64,000 nucleotides of DNA, from NCBI RefSeq assembly GCF_009914755.1, contig NC_060926.1; one strand, 5' to 3'. The notes under the pieces were generated by a model. It ran no database searches. It worked only from the letters and a program-made list of their open reading frames with translations, and was not told where the DNA came from. Position numbers and translations under genes: made by a program. The first letter of the stretch is position 1. The number at the start of each line of letters is the position of its first letter. Positions 57,435 through 64,000 of the stretch are shown here, piece by piece. The DNA is from the human T2T-CHM13v2.0 reference genome, Homo sapiens.

Positions 57435-58082
57435 TGTTACCCTGCCTAGGATTTTTCTGTATCTAATGGTAGAATCTAATGACTTTGAAAAGACAAGGCA
57501 ATCATTTCCCCTTTGTCAGTGAAGAATATATTTTTTTCTCTCTGAAGTTGAAATCACACTAGGTAAACATTTACCCGTCCATGTGTAACTCTAACATGGC
57601 CACATTATTGAGCACTTACCTGCCTAGAGTCAGCTATTGAATAAGTATATTAAGTCTGCAGAAGGCCGAAATACGCACATTTAGATGGACTAGGGCTACA
57701 GGGCAATGGGCTTTGGACATTTTGCTTTATAAAGGTAACAGATTTGACTCTGCAATTTCATCACTTTCATTATTTCCCTATTGTCTGAAAATATCCATTT
57801 CTGCCGATTCCTTTTACTTACATCAGCAACACTGCAATAATACAACTCAGAGAACCTTTCAACATATTCCTTTTCTTGTATAAGGAGTGGAATCTTTCAA
57901 AACAAAATAATAACTTTAAATTGTAGAAGTTTATGTACTTAACTTCAGATGTTTTCAATTATAATGACTAGTGATATTCATAGTAGAAGCACATAGTTTA
58001 AAGGGCTAAGAATTGATTTGAAATATGTCAGAATTAGAAAGAAAGGTTAATTTGTTTTGAACCAACGTGTCGTGGTTTAGGT

Positions 58083-58297
58083 AAGTGTTTCTCAACCTTG
58101 GCACTCTTGATGTTGGGGCTGAATGATTCTGTCGCTAGGCAGCTATCCAGTGCATTGTAGAATTGTGGCAGCATCTCCAGCCTCCACTCACTACACAGCA
58201 GTCCACCAGTAGCAGCACCCTTTTGTGACCACCAAAAATGTCTCTAACTATTGTCAAATGGTACGTGAGAGTGAAATTACTCGTTGGTAACCACTCA
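58083..58297. mobile_element. MER20-like hAT MITE
   Basis: TTTCTCAACCTTGGCACT and GTGACCACCAAAAATGTCTC motifs. Confidence 0.75.
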
Positions 58298-59004
58298 TTT
58301 TGTTTTGGCATCCTTACAGTTGACATGTATCATTTTCTTGCTCAGTATTAGAAGCTTCTTGTACTTCAGGAACATGTTACATACTTCTTGTCAAGTTTCC
58401 ATTTGTTAAGTGTTTCCACAGCAACACTTAACAGGCAGCTGCCCTTGGCAGTATTCCTTCACTGAGAAGAATAAATGGGAGCTGCCCCAGCTCCATCTTA
58501 CTCTTATTCTCCTTTTCTTCTACTCATGCTAACTTCTTTCGACTACTTGCTCACCCTTCATGGGATGGTTCCTATTTATTCATGGATTCCATTGCCTAAT
58601 AGCTTCTGCTTCAGTCCTTCCTATTCTGTGCCATTATTCTTAACTTTGCTATTTATCTCACTAAATTCCCCACTAGATAGTGCATTTGTCTTTACTGAAG
58701 ACACAGAAAATTCTTACCAGGCCACTCCACAGACTTCAGGTCTGCCTTTAGAGGAAGGTCCTTCAGAACAGAATCCTGTTTGACTGGCTAAAGTCATTTT
58801 TAAGAAAACTGTTGTCATTTCTTTTAATATGAACCCAGGTCAAGGAAGGCATGCTGAGTTGTGGAGGTATAGGATGTTATTCCAGGCAGGCACTTTCCCT
58901 CCGTTATGTGATACAGATGAGATTTGAGCATTACCTTTTTGTCACTTGAAATTATATCTTACAAAAATACAAACAGATAGAGCATATACAGATACACATT
59001 AGAA

Positions 59005-59175
59005 AGGGTGAGGGGAACAGATACAGAGGAAGGAGGAAGAGAGACAGAGAGGGAGGGAGGGGGAGAGAAAGTGGCTTTGTGTGGAGCCAAGATGGTAACA
59101 TGCCGAACTGAGAGGCATGAGAGAGAGAGACAGAAAGACACAGAGACAGAGAGAAACAAACAGACACAGACAAAG
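59005..59175 (+). repeat. GA-rich low-complexity tract
   Basis: GAGA/GACA runs. Confidence 0.7.
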
Positions 59176-60743
59176 AAGGGGTTCCAGGAAAACAACAGGG
59201 CACTAAGACCTCAGAACTTTCATGCTACAGAGAAAAGGGGTCAATGCTGGCTCATTATCCAAATCCTGATTTCAAAGCAAAATACAATTAAAGTGGATTC
59301 AGAGAACTCGTGACCAGAAACATGAAGGGACCGTCTAACACCTTAGTAAGCCAAGACCACCACAATCCTGGAACATAAACACAAAGAACTCAATATATGC
59401 TTGTTGCAAGAAGAAAGTTAAAAAAAAATTGTGCCAAGGCCTGTGCTGAGAAAGAAGGTGGACACACCACCATCCTCAGGGAGCTACTTCTGAACACTCC
59501 TGGCAGAGTGAAACAGTCACTGTCAGTGATCAGATTAAAAATTACTTCATTATAATAACTGGACTTGTACCCTCCTCAACCCTCCTCCTTTGTGAATGCA
59601 ATCCAGTTCCTGGACTTGCCTCACTGCCTACAAAGAAAACAAAAACAACAACCTCCTCCAAGTCCCCCACTGGGTACAACGTGCGCTCTGCAGCTTGGCT
59701 TTCTGAAATCACACAGGAAGGCACCTGCATGCATGTTTTTCTAGAGACAGCCCACGGCTTTCCTTAGGTTTCCCAAAGGATCTATGACCTGACCCCAAAG
59801 GTTCAGAATCACTACTTTTTAAAACACCCATTTGTGAGTATGTGCGGGAATGTTGTTGCTTCTCTTTTCTTCTTTGTATGTTGGCAATTGTCAGTGATGA
59901 AAAAAAAGAAATGGTTTCTAAGGAAAAAAAAATGATCCATATTCTCTAACAAGGAGTGTTAAAGGAGACCCCCCCAGATATTAGGACAGCAATGAGGGAC
60001 CATGTGTGAAGTTGACAGTTGGATGCTGTCCACGAGCGTGGGGCCAACACTGACAATCACAGCAGGGAGGCTTCCCCAGGAGAACTCCCTTCATCTCTAA
60101 CTCCTCCCATATATGCAAACTCCCAATGACAGCTGCCCAGAATCCTGCTTCAAGGCTATAGTGGATGCCACGGTTGACCCCTTCCTTTCCAGCCCTGACC
60201 ACTGTGCTGTCACCTTACAATGTGGGGCATGGGGGTGGTATGGAGCAAATCTGACCTCAGCTCCAGGTGTGGACCCTGATGGGTTCAATTTGTCTCCCCT
60301 GCCCATAGTCACTGGTTCAAATGATCCAGGCTTAACCTGATGAAAAGTTGGCAAAGTCCTGGACAAAGGGATTGGTTTAGCTTTGAACATGGGGCTCAGT
60401 TTGGGCCAATGCGACTTAAGGGGAGGGGTATGGGAAAGGGGGTTTTACAATGGGAAACAGGAAGTGTTTGGCATGTAAGACTGAACCTGCTGCAGCCATA
60501 TGCCCATGCTCCAGGAAGCCAGGCTCAGGATGAAGTCAACACCAAGGCAAGCAGAATCACAAAATTCAAAGAAACTGAGGTCTCAGTGATACTGTGGAAC
60601 CACTGGTCGAACTGACCCTAAACCTGCTCTGCTTCTCATCCTTTAAGTTATCTGAACCCAGAAATGTCCTCCACTGTTTACCCAGGTGGAAGCGGTTTCC
60701 TATCATTCACAAAGGAGTCACAAACAATATGAAGTCCTAACTA

Positions 60744-61157
<414 letters not shown>

Positions 61158-64000
61158 TTAGCACATAAAGCTCAACAGTAACGCACTGCCCTGTGTTGAC
61201 AGAAATGAATCCAGCTGTCAGATGAGTGGCTTGGCTGGAAACCCTTATGACTGCTTCTCCTCAAGACATTTTTAAGATAGTGTATTAAAAAAATACCCCA
61301 ACAACTAACCTTACACGAAATGAATATTTTCCACTAAAAAGACTTAAAAGCGGCACATTAAAATGAATAAGATTCTATAATAGAAAACTATTCTGACCAT
61401 CATTTGGGGGCAATTCATAATCTTCCTATTCCCGAACGGTTTTGTTTTTTACCCTATACCACACCCAGAATGGATGGAATGATGAAACTACAATTTTCCC
61501 TCAACAAACCATTTCAGTTGGGTGCATGATAAAAACCCTGCCAATAGCCACTTTGGCTACATTTAAAAACTTTTGTACACAGGTCGTGAACCTAGTTCTC
61601 AATTGGTTGGGTCTTTTTGGTTTGGGGTTTTCTCCCATGTTGGGAATCTCTCTATCCCGAGACATTTTCAAACACCTGACAGTGACCTGGCTTCCCAGTG
61701 CTCCATTCTCCTAAACACGGCTGACTCGGCTTGGCATCCTGTCCCCTTCTCCCTCCTCACCAGGCAGCTATATGGATGGTAGCCTGCGTCCGCCAGAAAT
61801 CATCAGTAGCATTTGTTGAGTACCTACTAGGTACTTACTGGAGAAACATCACTAATCCTTCCAGAAATAGATTCTCTCAGCTTTATAGATATGGAAACTG
61901 AGGTCCAAGTCTCACCTGGCAAGTAGAAGAGCCAGCTTCGGCCCTGGTTTCTCTGACTCCTCCACCCAGCTCTCTGCCAAGCAAAGTGCAGGAAAACAGC
62001 TGCACAGGGAAACAACCAGGCAGCCGCACTGAGCAGCCTTTTGATACAGTCCAGATGCTCTCAGGCACAGGCAACGTGCAGAGGGGTCCCAAATGGCAAT
62101 CCTGCACTTCCAGAATGGCCTCGATGTCAAGTAGCCTCACACATTAGGAACTCCTTTAAAATAAATGGAAATGGGTGGAAAACATCCACGAATATGCACA
62201 TTGGAAATAACAGGCAGGACAGACACAGCACCTGTGCCGGGCTGTAGGGTGGGCGGGAAAGCCAGGCCTGTGTCCCAGCCTAAGGGGCAGTTCACCCCCA
62301 CAGGGCTCTTGAGAAGCCAGGAGATGGCTCTTCTTCCTCCTGAGCAGGAGAGGGTTCACAGTATGCCTGGCAGTGGGAGAAAGGGGTGTGCAGGGCCTCT
62401 CGCTGTGAAAACAGGCTTGGGGCACTTCTTAGAACTGCGAAGAAGACTTTCAGCTGCTCCCCTGCCCTGTGTCTGACACATGGCTGCTGGCATAGGGCCC
62501 AGCCTCCCCAGTGAACTCCACTGGGACTTGCTTATGTGGTTGTTTTCCAGCGCCCCAAGGCAGCCACCTCTCCTGCTTCCTAACCACCTCCTCTTCCTGG
62601 GTCTGTAACACGGGTTTGCATTAAGGTTCCAGGCCCTCTGCCCTCCTTTCCCTGCACATTCCTTCCAGGCTCCATTGTCTCCCATAATTACCTCTTCCCT
62701 GTTGGCAGCTCCCTGATTTCCAGCTCCAACCCTGAAACCCAGCTCCACTCTAGCAGCCACCTGCCGGCAGCTGTGAGGTGTCTTCCACTCCAGAACCCTC
62801 TCTCACCCTTTCCTGGGGTACCCACTCCTGGCTCAAACCTGACTGATTTTTGATCCCTTGCACTTCTCTAATTCCAAATTCTACAGATTCTTCCCCAAAA
62901 CCTTCTAAACAAATCCATCCCCAGATATGAAAAGATGACCTAACGGCAGGAATCAGGAGTGAGCCACAGGCAGCAGTGGCCTCCAGAATCATAGAAGGGT
63001 GCACATTCCATACCCCACCAGCCCAGAGAAACTCATCCACAGACAAAAACACCATGCTGGTCAATCAGGATACAAGCCATAGTTTTCAACTTCTGCTCAA
63101 AAAAGTAGAATCCAAACTCCCTAGCCTGTCATTTAAAAAATTTTCCATGAGCTGCTCTCACCTTAAATTTCAGTCCTTGCTGCTCCACTGGGAGCGTCTG
63201 ATCTGGTGAGACTGGACAAGGAATTTTCCCTCATGCTTGGGGCAGCATCTTATCTTCCCACCACTTGCATCTGTCCATTCTTTGAGGGCAGTTGAAATGC
63301 CGCTTGCTCCCTGAGCCTGCAGGGCCAGTGCTCTCCTTTGACAGCACCCATGAGAGCCACCTGGCCAGGCTGTTGGGACATGTTCCTCACTCATCTCCCT
63401 TCTCCATCAGTGGCCTTCAGGGAAAACTATAGCAGTGTGGGAACCCCACCTGTGGTGGTGACACAGGCCCCATGACCCAGGGCCCTTCAGTGGATGGGGA
63501 CAGGTCCCTGATCTCAGGGCTGCAGGTTACCTAGCTGGGTCCTGCCCTGCCCCCTTTAGAAACCATGCTCCCAGACAAGACCCCATCCAGGGTGGAAGAG
63601 CAGCCCAGCCCCGCCCTGCAGCTGCACTCACTCCCAGCTGTTCCAGGGCCTGTGCAAAGCAATTGCCTCCTGAGCCCGGGCTGCAGCTGCAAGCACACAT
63701 GTAGGAGGAAGGGAGGCGGGGGCCAAGCAGCAGATGAGGCTGCAGCCTGCAATTACAGTGGGCCAGTGGGCCAGCTCAAGTATGGCTGGGCAGAGGAGGC
63801 GAGGCTGGGGGCTGATGTGGTTCTCGTGTCTCTTGGCCTAAGAACTTACATCTGGGCGCTGAGGGAAAGGGCAGTGCCACAGGGGCACAGAGCGGGTGTC
63901 CCAGGGGCTGGGAATTTATGCCGCTGCTAGGGTGGAGGCTTGGGTCCCACTGTCTGTAGGATGTGGGAAGGGCTGAGTGTGGATGGGGCCCACACTTGTG

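Overview
Primate (human-like) genomic DNA, dense in Alu and L1 repeats, with no intact protein-coding gene, RNA gene or CRISPR array that I can support. It is a pseudogene mosaic. From left to right: four intron-containing exon remnants of CDC42BPB (2.2-9.4 kb); a near full-length RHOQ processed pseudogene (minus strand, 10.8-13.7 kb); a NOC2L processed pseudogene with a perfect 17-bp TSD (28.0-32.0 kb); five intron-containing ATP12A exon remnants (45.9-48.7 kb); and a truncated processed MED15 copy (51.4-52.5 kb). From memory, RHOQ and NOC2L retrocopies in this arrangement fit the 2q21.1 segmental-duplication region (RHOQP3/NOC2LP1, with a paralogous RHOQP2/NOC2LP2 copy); I have not verified this. 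I found no convincing new biological system. The most notable signals are: the NOC2L retrocopy carries about 1.3 kb of upstream CpG-island, promoter and VNTR sequence inside its TSDs; the MED15 copy shows strongly AT-to-GC-biased decay; a repeat-repeat fusion marks a multi-exon deletion in the CDC42BPB copy; and there are two short templated duplications. All parent-protein comparisons are from memory, and repeat subfamily calls are by eye.
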